A stretch of 64,000 nt of DNA from the NCBI GenBank assembly GCA_013265495.1, contig MU058337.1, positions 2,634,686 to 2,698,685 of the forward strand. Direction: 5' to 3'. The stretch is from Vicugna vicugna (lineage: Eukaryota). How positions within the stretch are numbered: position 1 is the stretch's first letter; every line of letters starts with the position of its first letter. Made by a program: the position numbers and the translations under genes. Of this stretch, positions 38,301 through 51,653 are shown in pieces. The notes beneath the pieces are model-generated. The model was not told the origin of the DNA. It saw only the letters and a list, made by a program, of their open reading frames with translations, and did not search any database.

Positions 38301-41300
38301 GATCCTATACATTTTTCTTGTATCATTATAAGTTAAGGCAAATTAAGAGACAAACCACTAGTATTAAAAAAAAAAGAAACTGAAGCGATTAATTGTCAAG
38401 TGATCACACATCAAAGTGTCGCCTGGAGCAGTATCATTTTCTTGAGCGGAGTCTTCACTCAGAGAAAATAGTATCATTATGATGAGAAAGATGAAAATAT
38501 TTTTGTAGAAGTTGGATGCAATATTGAAGGGTTAATTTTAATTTTGTTTATTTGTTTTTGTTCATTTGCATGTAGAATTTCTTTTTAAAAAAAGGGACAT
38601 TAGACTAGTGTTACCGAATACTGTAACTTTTGCACATGTGCAAGTATCTGAATACACTTGAGTTATCCTGATATTTTCATGTGAAATTTCAAATTTAAAT
38701 ATAACTATTTATGAATTTATAAAGGTTTTCTAGTTTTCTAAAATTCACTGTGCAAAAGAATGTATTTCCATTTCTTTTAAGTATTTTTAAAATTAAGTAA
38801 GTTTATAGATAACATAAGATGGATTCTCTTAAATTTAGAAGAAAGATTAAAATATAGAAGTAATAAATTGCCTCAGCGTAAGTGAAATAACCACATAAAT
38901 CACATAAGACTTTTTTTTCAAACATGCCTATTCCAAATGTTCTCTTCTAGTCATAAAATAATTATATTAAAATCAAGCATACTTATGAAAACATTCTAAA
39001 ATGATTTTAATACATGGGAAATTTATCCTCATTGTTAAATTGAATTCTTTGTATTTGCAACATATAATTTTTCACCTCTTTTGAATGATCTAAGAGATTC
39101 GTTTAAAATTTCTAAATCTGTAGTACTCTTAAAAAAAGAACAAATATTTCAGCCCCAAACCTTTGGCAATTACAATGCAATACATCTGCAGACAGAATGG
39201 ATTTTGTTCTACTCTTAACTCCAAAAATGTGAACTTCAAAAGGTTCAGAGAAGATGTATTGCATTCGAGCATATGTATCTGTCATGCATAAGAACTAGTT
39301 AACTAATTTGCTTGCTTTGGGGTCATTTTTTTTTCTTAGAAACTATATATAATTCTTTGAATTCAAACTCATAAAATCTGTTGATGAGATTCAGCTTCAG
39401 AGGACTATTTCCTGACTCATAATATTTCAAAAAACACATTTCTGGAAACTTTACTATATTAAATCTTATTAATACAGAGGTCTGGAGCAATCATTATTGA
39501 GTTGTCATCAGAGTCTACAGAATATAAATCTAAACAAATGCGTTTAGTATAAAAAGAATTCTTTATTAAAACCACCTTTCTTTAAGGTTCTATTACCTCA
39601 ATATGTGACTTTGGTGTGTTTAAACAGGGCTTTCCCTTATGTCACTGTACCTGGCCACTGCTCACTTGCATTCCATCAAAACTGACACCATTAAGAATTT
39701 AGAAGAACCACTTGGAAAACTCCTTTTTCTCATATAAAGTACACTCAGCCAAACTGACAATCGAGGTGGCTTTATTATAAGATAGAATCCAAATATGCTC
39801 ATGGTTCAGACAATTAAGTTCTTCCAAATGTTTGTGATTGCTTTCAATTCCTATGGCTCTACTTTTTTTTTTTTCAATGTTTTCCTTTAAAAAAAAAAAG
39901 CATTCTCTTTCCCTCATTATCACATTCCAAAAGATGAAATCAGCTGGCAACTAAATGTCCATTCTTTAAGCAAAGTGATGTCTTTGGTAAAATAAACTAG
40001 AGGTTTAATCCTATCAGTGGCTAATTTTCTTAGGCTGCTTAAAATGCTGACATTTGATCCTCATCTTGCAAAATGCACCCGTTTTTAAAATGTGTTTCCG
40101 AGGGAATGAAAAGGCTGCTCTTCAGACACCCACAGGTTGTTAGACGTGATTTGCTACCGCTCCGGTTACTACGAGGTGGAAACAGGGCCATCAGGGGCAA
40201 AATCAGCTTTTTATGTAACTCATTGTACACGGCAACCCATGAGCTAATAAAGTCAGTGTTAATATGCTGCCACTGTGAATAATAATTCCTAAATACAAGT
40301 TTCACATTTTAAATAGGGCAGGCATAATATAGCTGGTTATACACTCTGATTTCACCACTGCTTATGAAATTCCTTAACTAAGCCAGAATTATATGTGCAT
40401 TTCCAAGACTCTAATGGGCGGGGAAGGAGAGCCCAGTGTTATTTTATTTCAAAACAAGGAAGCCACCATCTGCTTTAACAAATTGAGGGGAAGATAGAGT
40501 TCGTCCATCCAGCATCAGCGGATATGCACGTAGCAATTCCATTGAGTAAGCAGTTCTACATTGGAAACGCAGCACAGCCAACTGTCCTTAAGAGAGGGTG
40601 ATGCTGGAGTTAAATTGAGCTAATTATTTGGAAGAGATTACACTTCAGTATTTATGTTTTATCACGCTTTCTCTATGCCTAGAGGGTATCAATTATTTTA
40701 TTGTGAAATAAAACTGTAACACTAGACAAAGTCACTTTCACAGTTGAAATTCTTCCAAATACGTGGAATAAAATATCGCATGTGATGAATGTCTCAATCT
40801 CAACATCCCTGAGATTGAATAACCACTCTTGCGACTGAAAGTCCAAGAGTAATCGATGTCGCAAAGCAGCCCTTTACTTTAGCACTTGCAATAAAATTAA
40901 GAACCCCTTTCAATCCTTGAGAACATGTTCTTAAAATACGCAGGTCCTAATTTCACTATGGTTTCTTAATTGGTTAATTTTAAGGAAAGGTTACTGTTAA
41001 GCACCAGTGGCTTCTGTGGCTGCAGCTAGAGTGAATTTACCTTTTCATCCTCCGTCAGGCTTCCAGAGGTTTCAGGTGTCAGCTCAAAATTAAAAAGGAA
41101 AAAATAATTGTCTTTGGAGTTGCCTGTTGCCTCAGTGCACGTTCCCATGCATTTTCAGTCCAGCTTCAGAGGTGGGGATTGAGAATGGATTATTGTGGCT
41201 TAACTCGAGTTTTTGTTTTCGTTTTCTCCTTTCTCCAACAACATGGTTTCCCTGAGCCTGATTACTGTGGAGGGTTTAGGCAGAAGTGGAGTGGTTGGAG

Positions 41301-41587
41301 TTCAGTCGATCCGAGACCGAGGGGCATGGATGGACCTAGGAAAGCAAAGGCTCATTGATGTGGTCAGTCTCTCCAGCTGAAGGAACGGTGCTCTCTCCTG
41401 CAGATGTGTCCCACCTCTTTTGTTTATCCCAATGTGTTACTGATTCTATGAGACTAGAAAACCTCGTCCCCATGTACACTGATCCCAGAAACTGCCGCTT
41501 CATGGTGCTGCATTTGGGAATTACATGATTTCTTAAGGTCCATGACTCTTATCATTTTTACACATATGAATTAGCTTCAGAATATGC

Positions 41588-41743
41588 CGATTTAAGGAAC
41601 GATATTCAGTATCTTGTAATAACCTTTAATGAAAAAGTATATGAAAATGAATATATGTAGATAAATACATGACTGGGACATTGTGCTGTACACCAGAAGT
41701 CGATACATTGTAATCGACTATACTTCAATAATAATTAAACAAA
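41588..41743 (+). mobile_element. Young 5'-truncated L1 3' end (same family as 21558-21695) with 9-bp TSD
   Basis: atattcagtatcttgtaataacctttaatga...actgggacattgtgctgtacaccag...tacttcaata plus an A-rich tail. TSD agaatatgc at 41579-41587 and 41744-41752. Confidence 0.9.
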
Positions 41744-42414
41744 AGAATATGCATATTTAGTAATATGTTAAGCCACCAATGCATTTCATTAAATTCCCTC
41801 AAGGAAAATGTCACCTCTTTGAATTCCTGAAAAGAAAATCTTCAGCAAGTCCACTGAGCTCCGTTTCCTCCTCAGTTCAGTTTTACTACTTTTCTCATGT
41901 CTAGCCTCATTTTCCCCAACTGCAGTAAAGTCCAAATAAAATCTGGACACATTATACCCCAACTGCCCTTTGGAACAATTTCCACTGTTAAGTTTTTGGA
42001 TATGTATAACTTTGAATTTCTTTATATTTTCATTCTTTAAGCTATAGCTTTTTCTATTGGAATGGATAGATCAAGTTTTTTTTAAAACAATTTATTCACA
42101 CCAGAATGATCATATATTGGGAATTTTTAAAGCAGCAAAATCAAACAGCTCCCTGTAATTTTTAACAACATATGTTCTAAACATGTATTTTTATATAGTA
42201 TTCACAGGTACCACTGTATCAATGTATTATATGTACTATGGACCACAAAAAATGAAATTTTTAGAGAAAAAGAAAAACTTCAATTTAACAATGTTTTTAC
42301 ATAAAGTTATTTTATTGTCAGATTCACGAAGGAGCATTATGCATCACTTTGATTTTATAATTTAAGAAGGCAGTTCTGTGCTGTTTTTCTCTTTTGTTTG
42401 GTTCTAAGTTTTTA

Positions 42415-42760
42415 AAGAAAAGTTTCAAACATACTAAAGCATTTGACTAATAACATATTTAACACCTAAATATTCACCACCTAAAGCCAAGAGTCATTAC
42501 ATTTTTCTTATTTATATTTTTTGCATCATCTGTTTGTGTAGGTGTGTGTGAGCACAACCGTATGAAAATAAACTAAAATTCTCAGGACACCTCAGCTTTA
42601 AGTGACTCAGCTTTCTTGTCTTATAACTGAGGGTGTTCTCGCCCATAATCAAAATGCCACCAGCACAGAGAATGAAATTAACAATAGCTTCCCAATTTTA
42701 TCTAATATTCAATTCATACTAAAATTTCCTAAATAATCCCCCAAAGTTGTTTTTGAAAAT
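42415..42760 (-). mobile_element. Old L1 3' end (L1MC4/L1MC5-like)
   Basis: tttcaaacata...cataatc...aaattaacaata...atctaatattca...aaatttcc resembles the antisense L1MC4/5 3' UTR. Confidence 0.55.
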
Positions 42761-43229
42761 GTATATTGACTTAGCACCTAGAGGATCCTTAATACGTATC
42801 CTTAAATAATGGTCTGCTTGAGAAGTCCCTGACAAAAGACATATTTTCTAATGGGAAATAGTTAGACAACATGTAATCAAGTATAAAGCATCAGAAATAA
42901 GGTTTCTTTTCTTTATTTCTGATCAGAATGCTCGGATTTTATTTTAAGCCATTGTTTTGTGTATTCTTTCTCACTACTTTGAGTGAAGTTTAAACACTAC
43001 TTCCATTTAAATTATTCCATCTTCTTTACTTTTGAACATCACTGACTTTACTTTCCGATGCTATTACAATTTTTGCTTCAGTCATGAAGGTTGGTTTATA
43101 AAACTCATGAAGATTCTCTGTTATATGTACTCTCCGTCCTCCTTTTTCCACTGCTTTTTTTCTTCCATTTTGATGCTCTGGGTTTTTTGTTTGTGTGTTT
43201 GTTTTATAGTTGCCTGTCTGCTTGAAGAT

Positions 43230-44000
43230 CTTCTTTTAGTCATACATTATTGGTGTGGTTACTAGCAAGAAATGTTTTTAATTTTCCTTCATCTGAGGAC
43301 ATCTTCATTTCTCCATCATCCCTGAAGGGAAGTTTTCCTTCAGTACTTTGAGAATGGTGTATCAGCTCCTGCTGGCTTCCCTGGCTCCAGATAAGAAATC
43401 TGCTGTCATTTGAGTTTTCCATAGATACTGTGCCATTTCTCTTTGCCCACCTTCAAGATTTTTTTTTTTGTCTTTAGTTTCCAGAAATTTAATTTAGAGT
43501 AGTCTTAGAGTAGATTTTTTTTTTTTTTAGTTTTATCTTTTTTGTGACCCATTCAGTTTCTTTATTCTGTAGATTTTTATCATTTACCACATTTGGTAAG
43601 TTTTCTGCTATTATTACTTTAAATCCTCTTATCAGTCCCACTTTATTTTAACTTTACTGAAATTCTATTGATGATAATGTTGGATCTTTTGTTACTGCCC
43701 TACGAATTCCTGAGGCTCTGTTGATTTTTTTTTTTCAGTTTATTTTCTCTCAATGGTTCAGATTGGGCATATTCTACTGGTCTGAATTCAAGTTCACTGA
43801 TCATATCCTGCCTTCTCCACTCAACTTTTAGGCCCATGCAGCAAGTTTTTGTGTGTTTTTTAAAATTTATTTCTATCTTATTTTTCAGTTCTATAATTAC
43901 TATTTTGTTATTTTATATGACTTCTATTTCTTTGGAAAGATTTTCTATGTTTTATTTGTTTCAAGAGTGTTTATAATTGCTCTTTGAAGTATTTTTAGAA
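43230..44000 (-). mobile_element. Old L1 ORF1-region fragment
   Basis: ttttccttcatctgag...ttcagtactttga...gaaatctgctgtca...ttcaagatttttt...ttcagattgg...ttcaagttcactga is typical antisense L1M ORF1 sequence. ORF 43240..43422(-) KLPFRDDGEMKMSSDEGKLKTF resembles L1 ORF1 KLSFxxEGEIKTFSDKQKLREF. Confidence 0.75.
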
Positions 44001-45321
44001 TGCCAGTCAGTTGCTCACCAGCCAATTACCCATCTTTTCTCAATCCTAGGAGGGTGGTGGCAACATTTGGCTTCAATTGTGGATGCTTGAGATGCACATG
44101 TCCCCTTTTTCTGAAGGTGCACAGACTGGCCGTGCCAATCCTGAATTCTTTCCTGCTGCAGCCAAGATTCCTGCTTGCCGATGGAATCTCCCCATCTTCA
44201 GCATCTATGTTCTCATCTGAAAATATGGAGGAGGAAACAGCATTGTGAGAAAGGAACTTGAAGTTAGCTTTTCCTCATTCATGAGAAACAAAAAATTGGC
44301 ACATTTTAATGCATTTACCATGCCAAAACTATGCACTCATTACGTTGGAAAAAGATTCACTTTTGCATGTAATTGGATTCTGGTAATAATAGTCACAGTG
44401 AGAACTCCTTCCACCAAAAACTCTTTGTCATCATTATTCAAGATAGAATTTGGAATCTAATGGCCCATTAGACTGGCCTCCAAATTCAAGGATATTAACA
44501 TGATCTATTCTGCCTAACATGAGACATACATTTTAAAAATGCTGTTGATTTACTCTTGTTCATAGCAGAAGTACAGAAACAGGATGCCTGTTGAGAAGAG
44601 GAAAGACCAAAGGAAATTCTATTTCATTTTCTATCTGTGCTTCTTGAATATATGGTTAATTCCACTTCTGCATCAGAAAATAAACATTAAAGACAATCTT
44701 AATTCAAACAGCAGCATTTGTGTCTGTGATATGTGTTTACTGTCTTGCCTATTTCAAGAAATCTTTAATTATAGTTTGATAAGAGTGCAATTCTTTATTT
44801 CTACATCCTATAATACAGAACCTTCTGGTAGTTGGACTTTTGGAATATAGATATTTGTCTCTTTAGGTATAAACTGATTCCCTCACAGGGGCAAAAATGG
44901 CTGCATTTTATCCACAGAGCTGAGATGACTCGATAGCCCACTCTGTATAAAGTAGCACATAGATGAGATGGAGGGTGAGAACACTCTAGAAACTTTTAGC
45001 TCAATTAATGTTTATAATGTATATAATTATATATGTATGGATGAAGATTTATACTAGCATCTTAAAAAGATTAAAGATCTAAAGAAATAAATATATCTTC
45101 TGTTATTTTAAACTTATTTTCAAAAGGGTTCTATGAGTAAAATGTTGTACACAATGGCAAAATAAAATTGACCAGGTTGGCTCTGGCCAGCCTGCAGTTG
45201 TGCAATACGACACATCCATGGACTAGTCCTCTGTGTCTTGTGCCGTTTCATGTCATTGGATAAGGCATTTGGCTTTCAAAGGTCTACAGGAGACCCTGTT
45301 TTTTGAGTTGTGGAAGTCTAA

Positions 45322-45541
45322 CCGGGTTTGTGAAGCATTTTCTGCAGCAGGCCAGAAAGTAAATGCTCATGGCTTCACAGCCACCCAGCCCCTGTCACAG
45401 CTGCTCAGCTCTGCTTTTACCAAGAAACCGGCCACAGGCAACGTGCATGCCAGTCATCCTGGCCATGTTCCGGTAAAACTGCATACACTGTAATGGGTGG
45501 GGCCAGGATGCGGTCCAAGGGCCATGGTTTGTTGACTCCGG
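45322..45541. mobile_element. MER58A (hAT-Charlie) DNA transposon
   Basis: ttttctg...ggccaga.agtaaat...ctc..ctctgc...tgttcc..taaaact...gggcca..gtttg..gac follows the MER58A consensus over about 220 bp. Confidence 0.85.
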
Positions 45542-45689
45542 ACTGAAGCCAGAGATGAACCCACTTCACTCTTCAGCCCACTTACCATGTAGACAACCCT
45601 GAGGCCAAGAACTTCTGAGAAGGAAAAAAAGCACATGATGTGCTGTCATACTATGAACACAAAATTTGTGTGAGTAAAATATATGTATA

Positions 45690-45768
45690 TATACTATGTG
45701 GGAACTCTGTATTTTCTGCTGAATTCTGCTGTAAACCTGAAACAGCTCTAAAGACATGAAGTCTATTA
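45690..45768 (+). mobile_element. L1MC-type 3' terminal fragment
   Basis: tgggaactctgtattttctgct...ctgtaaacctgaaacagctctaaa...aagtctatt. Confidence 0.6.
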
Positions 45769-45769
45769 C

Positions 45770-45785
45770 TATATATATATATACA

Positions 45786-45816
<31 letters not shown>
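45770..45816. repeat. Interrupted (TA)n microsatellite
   Basis: Seen directly. Confidence 0.9.
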
Positions 45817-48291
45817 CACATCTATTTTATGAATTTTCCACTAGTTAAAAAACACTGTATTTTTCTGTCAGTTGCCTTTAAAAACAGCAATACAAAATCA
45901 TTCCCCAAATTAATACATATCCAGCTATAGCCCAGTATCAAAAACAGTGCATTCAACAGCATAAACATACTGCCAATAATTCTGCATAACTGAGTTTTAC
46001 TTATCCAGTATGGTACCTCTGCTTCATAGTTCCCTTACCAACTCAGCACCTAATAAGTGACTTTCCTGTATGTAACTCTAACATCGGCGGTAATACCCCA
46101 TCCTTCGAAATTCAAACGAAATTTGCATCCCTTACACATGCGATGACTGATCCACGCCATTCCAACACCTTTCCCTGGGATTCATGTGGCAAAATTTGGA
46201 AGGGTTTCTTTTTCTGTGGTGTCTCTGTATCCAGTCTTCTGCTTCCATGGCTGGGGTCTGGCCATTCCACTTGCTCTTGCCATTTAAATTACACCATGAC
46301 ACTTGAGAGACAGAGCATAGACCCTTGTCTTAAATGCAGTAAATGCTGCATTAACTTTGTATTAGAATTGTCTGAACTTTTTGCTGAGAGATTTTATAAT
46401 CTCTAGGTAAATCACTATTCTCCTTCCAGAGTCCTTAATTCTTCATTTCCTGGTCCTCTCACCAGGACCTCTCCTTGGAAATTCAATCCCCTTAGTTTTA
46501 TCATTGTAGAAAAAAATCAACTTTTTCACCTTTCATTAATGTATTCTATGAAATACTGATGGATAGTTGGTCAATCTGCCTGCCCTTTATTACTCAAGAG
46601 AAGATGAACAAGAAGATGAAGGAAGATGGAGGAGAAGGGGGGAAAATCCGTCCCCACTCGGTACCTGAAAAAGCCCATTGCCCTGCCTTCCTCACTGATG
46701 TGGGTAAGGAGTACCTGGGGTGGCATCTGCATCTCCTGCCAGCTACTATTTGCACAGCTGTGCCCCAGAGGAACATCACTTGTGTGAAAAAGTCATGCTT
46801 CTGTCTAACGAATCCTGAATTCTGATGCCACATTAAACTTCCCTATCATGATTTAAAAATGAGGCAGGATCTATCCCTAAAATGGGGCATGTACCAGGTA
46901 GGGACAAGTTTTAAGAAAATTACATTAACAGCAGTTGTCTCTAGATAGTGAAGGCAGAGAGGCTGAGCAGCGTCCAAGGGAAGATGTCATTTTTCCATCT
47001 TGATTCTAAATGGTTGTCACCAACGCAGCCAGTCATGTGGGACTTGTCCAGAAGTGAGAATTCAAGCCATGGGAAATATTCTGCATTATTTAGAGAAGGC
47101 AAAAATAAAAGAAAAGAACTACAAGACAACTGCAACTGAACCCTCTTTTTCTGTGACTTCATTAACACAATCCATGCATGTATATGCATGTGATGTGTCT
47201 ATGGTTGTGTATGTGTGCATGCCTCATGTGTGTGTATTTTTTTTTCTTTTGCAAGAAAATCCTAGTGCCACTACCCCTCATTAACAGTTCTCTGGAAGCA
47301 ATTACTAAACTGGAGGTCAAAATTATGCCTGTTATTCAAAACTTCAAAGGAAGGAAATTCATAATAGTCCTGCTGCTTGCTTTTATTCTACCTTTACCCA
47401 CTAGCTCCAGCATCAGTAACAAGGAAATGTTCAGTCACTCTTCTGCATATAAAAAAGTGTTTTACATCATTGATTTAACTGTGCCTCGATGCTCTCTTCT
47501 CTAAAGACCAGCTGAAGAAAAATATCGATTAAACCTAGACATGCTTCATGGCAGCCTCCTTCTTGACTATCCATGGCATGAGGTCAATGAACGTTTAATC
47601 GATTTTTGATTCATTTGTGATTGGAAAATCAGTAAATAATTTCATTCAGACTGAGAGGTACACTCATCACAAAGAAATTTAGTTGAATTGAACTTTGGCC
47701 GTGGTTTGAAGGGGCATCACATGGCATAATTAAATAAATACATAAATTTTACTTTATAAGGTGAATATTACCCTATAGGGATATGCCAGGTTCTTGGTTT
47801 ACATCCAGACTCCAGAATCTTGGCAGCGTCCTCCGGGGCAAATCCTACCTCTTGCGAGAAATGCAATTACGTCTTTAATATATACCTACCATGGACCAGT
47901 AGTAGGCATATGCATTTTTGTAGCATATTCTCTCAGCAATAATTACAGAGAGATCTGGATTCTCTCTCTCCCCTCATTGCTCAACGTGGTGTTGACACCA
48001 TCTTAATGCCTTTATCCTTACAATGAGTAGATGGACTCACTGGATCGAAGTCTAGCAAAAAAATCTGCAGCTTGGGACTACAATGCAAGAAAGATTATTA
48101 AAATGGTCACTGTTGTAGATAAGGAGGTCATTTCTAGACACAGCCAACCCTTTGACCTATAGGAGTAAGAATTTCATGGAAAGAGAGGAAAAATCTGGAG
48201 TACATTATGCACATTACATGGCCCTGTTACAAATGTAATTACTTTTCGATGTGCATTCTTGGAGCGTGTCTCCAAAATATGTAAGGATAGG

Positions 48292-48343
48292 AGAGATAAT
48301 AACCAGGTTTGGCAAGCTAAGAGATAATAACCAGGTTTGGCAA
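48292..48343. repeat. Perfect 24-bp direct repeat (28-bp period)
   Basis: agagataataaccaggtttggcaa at 48292-48315 and 48320-48343. Confidence 0.95.
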
Positions 48344-49101
48344 ACTTGTTTTCATTGCTTGGCTTAGAAAATAGGACTGTTCGGTTCTTCCTGCTTCTGC
48401 TGAAATGAAACCGAAATAACCCTGCACCTCATTGTTCTTATGTAGAAAGTAATGTTAATATACTTTGCAGTAATAGGGTAAATGAAACATTATATGATTT
48501 TTAAATTTGTCATAAATGCTTAATAAAGGATATGGAGAAACATGATAGTGGTTTTTCTTGCTCTTGCTGATGATGCAGGGGCAGCAGTGAAAAGGTCTGT
48601 GAAGCCGTCCCTGCTTCCCAGCTGCAGTAAGATTCTTTCCGGGGTTCGTATATGTAAAGTACATCACGATGCTTATGTAAAAACAAGAACAAAAGTGTGA
48701 AATGATTGCAATCACTCTTTGGCTTCTCTCCTCTTTCCTGTGTGCTGTTTGTCAGCAGATCATGCCAGGACAGTGTATCAGCTCTTGCTGGGGTGGAATC
48801 TCTCTGTCCCAGACTGAGGTCGTAGATTGCCTTTGTCGTTTTAGTAACCATTACTGCGTCCTTAACGTGATTCTCTGAATCTGTTTATGTTGCTAATAAT
48901 GGCTGATGATTGGTCTTGGCTTCGAAAATGTGGACCCACAGAAGGTAAAGAACTTTGTGTAATAATATGCAAGGTATCAATTCCACACACGTTTTTCTTT
49001 GCGGTCATCGATGTTCTATGTGAGTTATGCAGTGTTATTTTGTCCCACAATGTAAAGTAATATTTTCTTGCAGGATATTTGGAAGTGGCCAAGGAGAGTT
49101 G

Positions 49102-49132
49102 GATGATGAAGATGATGATGATGATTGATGAT
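49102..49132. repeat. Imperfect (GAT)n microsatellite
   Basis: Seen directly. Confidence 0.85.
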
Positions 49133-51058
49133 TGTTAGGTTACAGCATGCAGCAAATCCTGAGCAGTTAAAAATTCATGATTTTTTTTTTTTTGGAGTGA
49201 GTTTCTTCACATATAATACACAGGAAGCAATTCAACATAAAACTGAAAATGTCTGGACTTACAATTATGACAGATTGTATATGTCGTTTCTTAGCTTTTA
49301 CCAAAATAAAGAGCAGGACTCACATAAGGTAAAACAAACAACAGTAAAATAATTATTGTTATTAGTTTGTTCCTGAGTTAGTCTTGCCCTGGGTTGAATC
49401 CCTGTAAGTAATTTCAGTTGACCTGCACTCTTAGATGGTGAGACCACTTTAAGTCAAACCCACCCATGCATATTTGGCAACTCCTTTCTTTCTCATGACT
49501 TCTTTCCCCTGCTCATCTTTGACCAATCACTCCCATGTCCCCTCTGCGCTCTGCACTTATTTCTAGTCTATCGAGGATCTCTGCCACCACTCCGTGTTGG
49601 ATCAGCTCTGGGATAAGACTCCCAGACTGTAGGCTTCACGTTTGTATCCTCATCATAGGTTTCCAGAGTAGTTACTCCAGCCACCGCCGTTCTGCCCACT
49701 CCTCTCTTGACCAGAGACAGACATTTCCTTTACCCAGCATTAAAAGGAGAGCAGAAGACCACAAGGCCTGGGGAATCTGGCATCACTTATTAACTAATCT
49801 AATTTTCTAAGGAGCTATGAGTATCATGACCTTGTCATTAATCAGAGATTTGGTGGCCGTACCCTTTTTTGGACAACTGAGTCAGTGAGTACACTCTCTT
49901 CCAAGGGACTTACTTTAAAGTGTTGTGATAGTCAGTGGATAAATGGTGTTTACCATAACCATTGCATTTTCAATACATTTTACAAGTATACAGATTACTG
50001 CTTCTTTTAATGGATGTTTTATTAAATTAGCTACTTTAAAATTAGCACCTAATACCTGAGATTAGCATTGAAAAGACAAAAGAATATCAACTTAATAATT
50101 GCCACCCAGCAAATTTCAATCTAGTTGGACATACAAGACTGAAAAAATACATGAAGAGTAAGAAACAATGCAAATGTCAAATGAGCCAGCCTGGATTACG
50201 GGAAGGGTCACAAAAGGTTTGAGCACAGCTGAAACACTGGGGCAGCTTAGCAGATGAGTCTTGCGTTATCACTCAGTTTCTAATTTCATCCCCAAATGTT
50301 CCAGCTATTTAGAGGACTTCCTACTCTACTAGGCATTTCAGAATATAATAGCAAGTCTCTATTGGTTTATCGTCTCTAATTCTTAGAGACCTCTGATCTG
50401 TGTCCGATTGTATTTTATATCCACATCCTAACTGGGCTAAATTTTACGCAATAAGGAGAATGAAAACCAAATTTTTCCTTTTATCATTTGCACATGTTTT
50501 AAGAGTATTTGCTTAAGACATGTTGATCTTTATGAAGTGGAGACATGTCATTTTTTCTGAATCATTTGGCTGGTGTTGAAAAGCAAAATTGTAGACTTAA
50601 GCTTTTATTATGATTCTTCACAACCATTAAAATTAATGCTAGAAAAAGTTCACCCAGTGTATAAGTACCCCCCATAAATATTGTGTAACCACTGATAATC
50701 ATAAGTTGTAAAACATTAACTTTAGACTGAGTCTAAATTTATATAAGTTATCAGATGCATAGCTGAATTATTAATTTTGTTCACAAATTATAACTGACCG
50801 TGTAATATATACATCACAATTTTGAAATATAAAGGTAGAAATATTTCATTTATTTAATAAATTAGATTTCTGAAATCAAGGACTTATCAGGTGATAAGGA
50901 CCCTGACTTGTGACACGCTCATACCAGTAGAAAGAGCGAAGCAGTAACTTCATCTCAGATCTTCTGGTCTAGTGGGAATTGCTTAATGTTTATGTCATTG
51001 TTTGGTTCAGCCTTCATCACCAAAATTCACAATCTTAAAAATACTGATGAATACATAC

Positions 51059-51218
51059 TGGCGTTGCCAGATTTGGCAGGTGAAAATATAAAACTTACCT
51101 AGGATGTGCTTGTACAAACATTTCATGGGATATGTAGATATATATCTGAAATATACATATATTGCTTATCTGAAACTCAAGTTTACCCCAATATCCTATA
51201 TTTCATTTGGCAACCTTA
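51059..51218. mobile_element. MER53 hAT-type MITE
   Basis: Terminal inverted repeats gttgccaga...tttggcaac; internal ttatctgaaactcaagttta. Degenerate 8-bp flanks atacatac / acacaaac. Confidence 0.85.
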
Positions 51219-51230
51219 ACACAAACGTCT

Positions 51231-51653
51231 TGTACTGGGTTGAATTACAACCCTCAAAATTTATATGTTGAAGCCCTAACTTCCAGCACCTCAGAATGTG
51301 ACCTTATTTGGAAATACAATCTTTTCAGAGGTAATGACTTGAGATAGGTCATACTGGAGTAGGTTGAGTCCTTACACCAATTTATCTGGTGTCCTTACAA
51401 AAAGGGGAAAGTTTGCATGTAAAGCTGAAGGTGGAATCTATAAGCCAAGGAAAGTCAGAGACGGCCTGCAACCACCAGAAGCCGGGAGAGAGGAACAAAC
51501 AGACTCTCCCTCAGGGCCCTCAAAAGGAGCCTACTCGGCTGATGACCTTGGTCTTGGACTTCTTGACTTTCAAAGCCTGAGACAATCTATTTCTGTTCTG
51601 CAAGCTGCCCAGTTTCTGGTCCTTTGATACATCTGCCCAAGCGAATGTTTACA
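51231..51653 (+). mobile_element. MLT1 (MaLR) solo LTR, MLT1B/C-like
   Basis: TG...CA termini. tatgttgaagccctaac...cagaatgtgaccttatttggaaata...caaccaccagaagc...ttggacttc...atttctgtt matches MLT1. 5-bp TSD cgtct / cctct. Confidence 0.9.
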
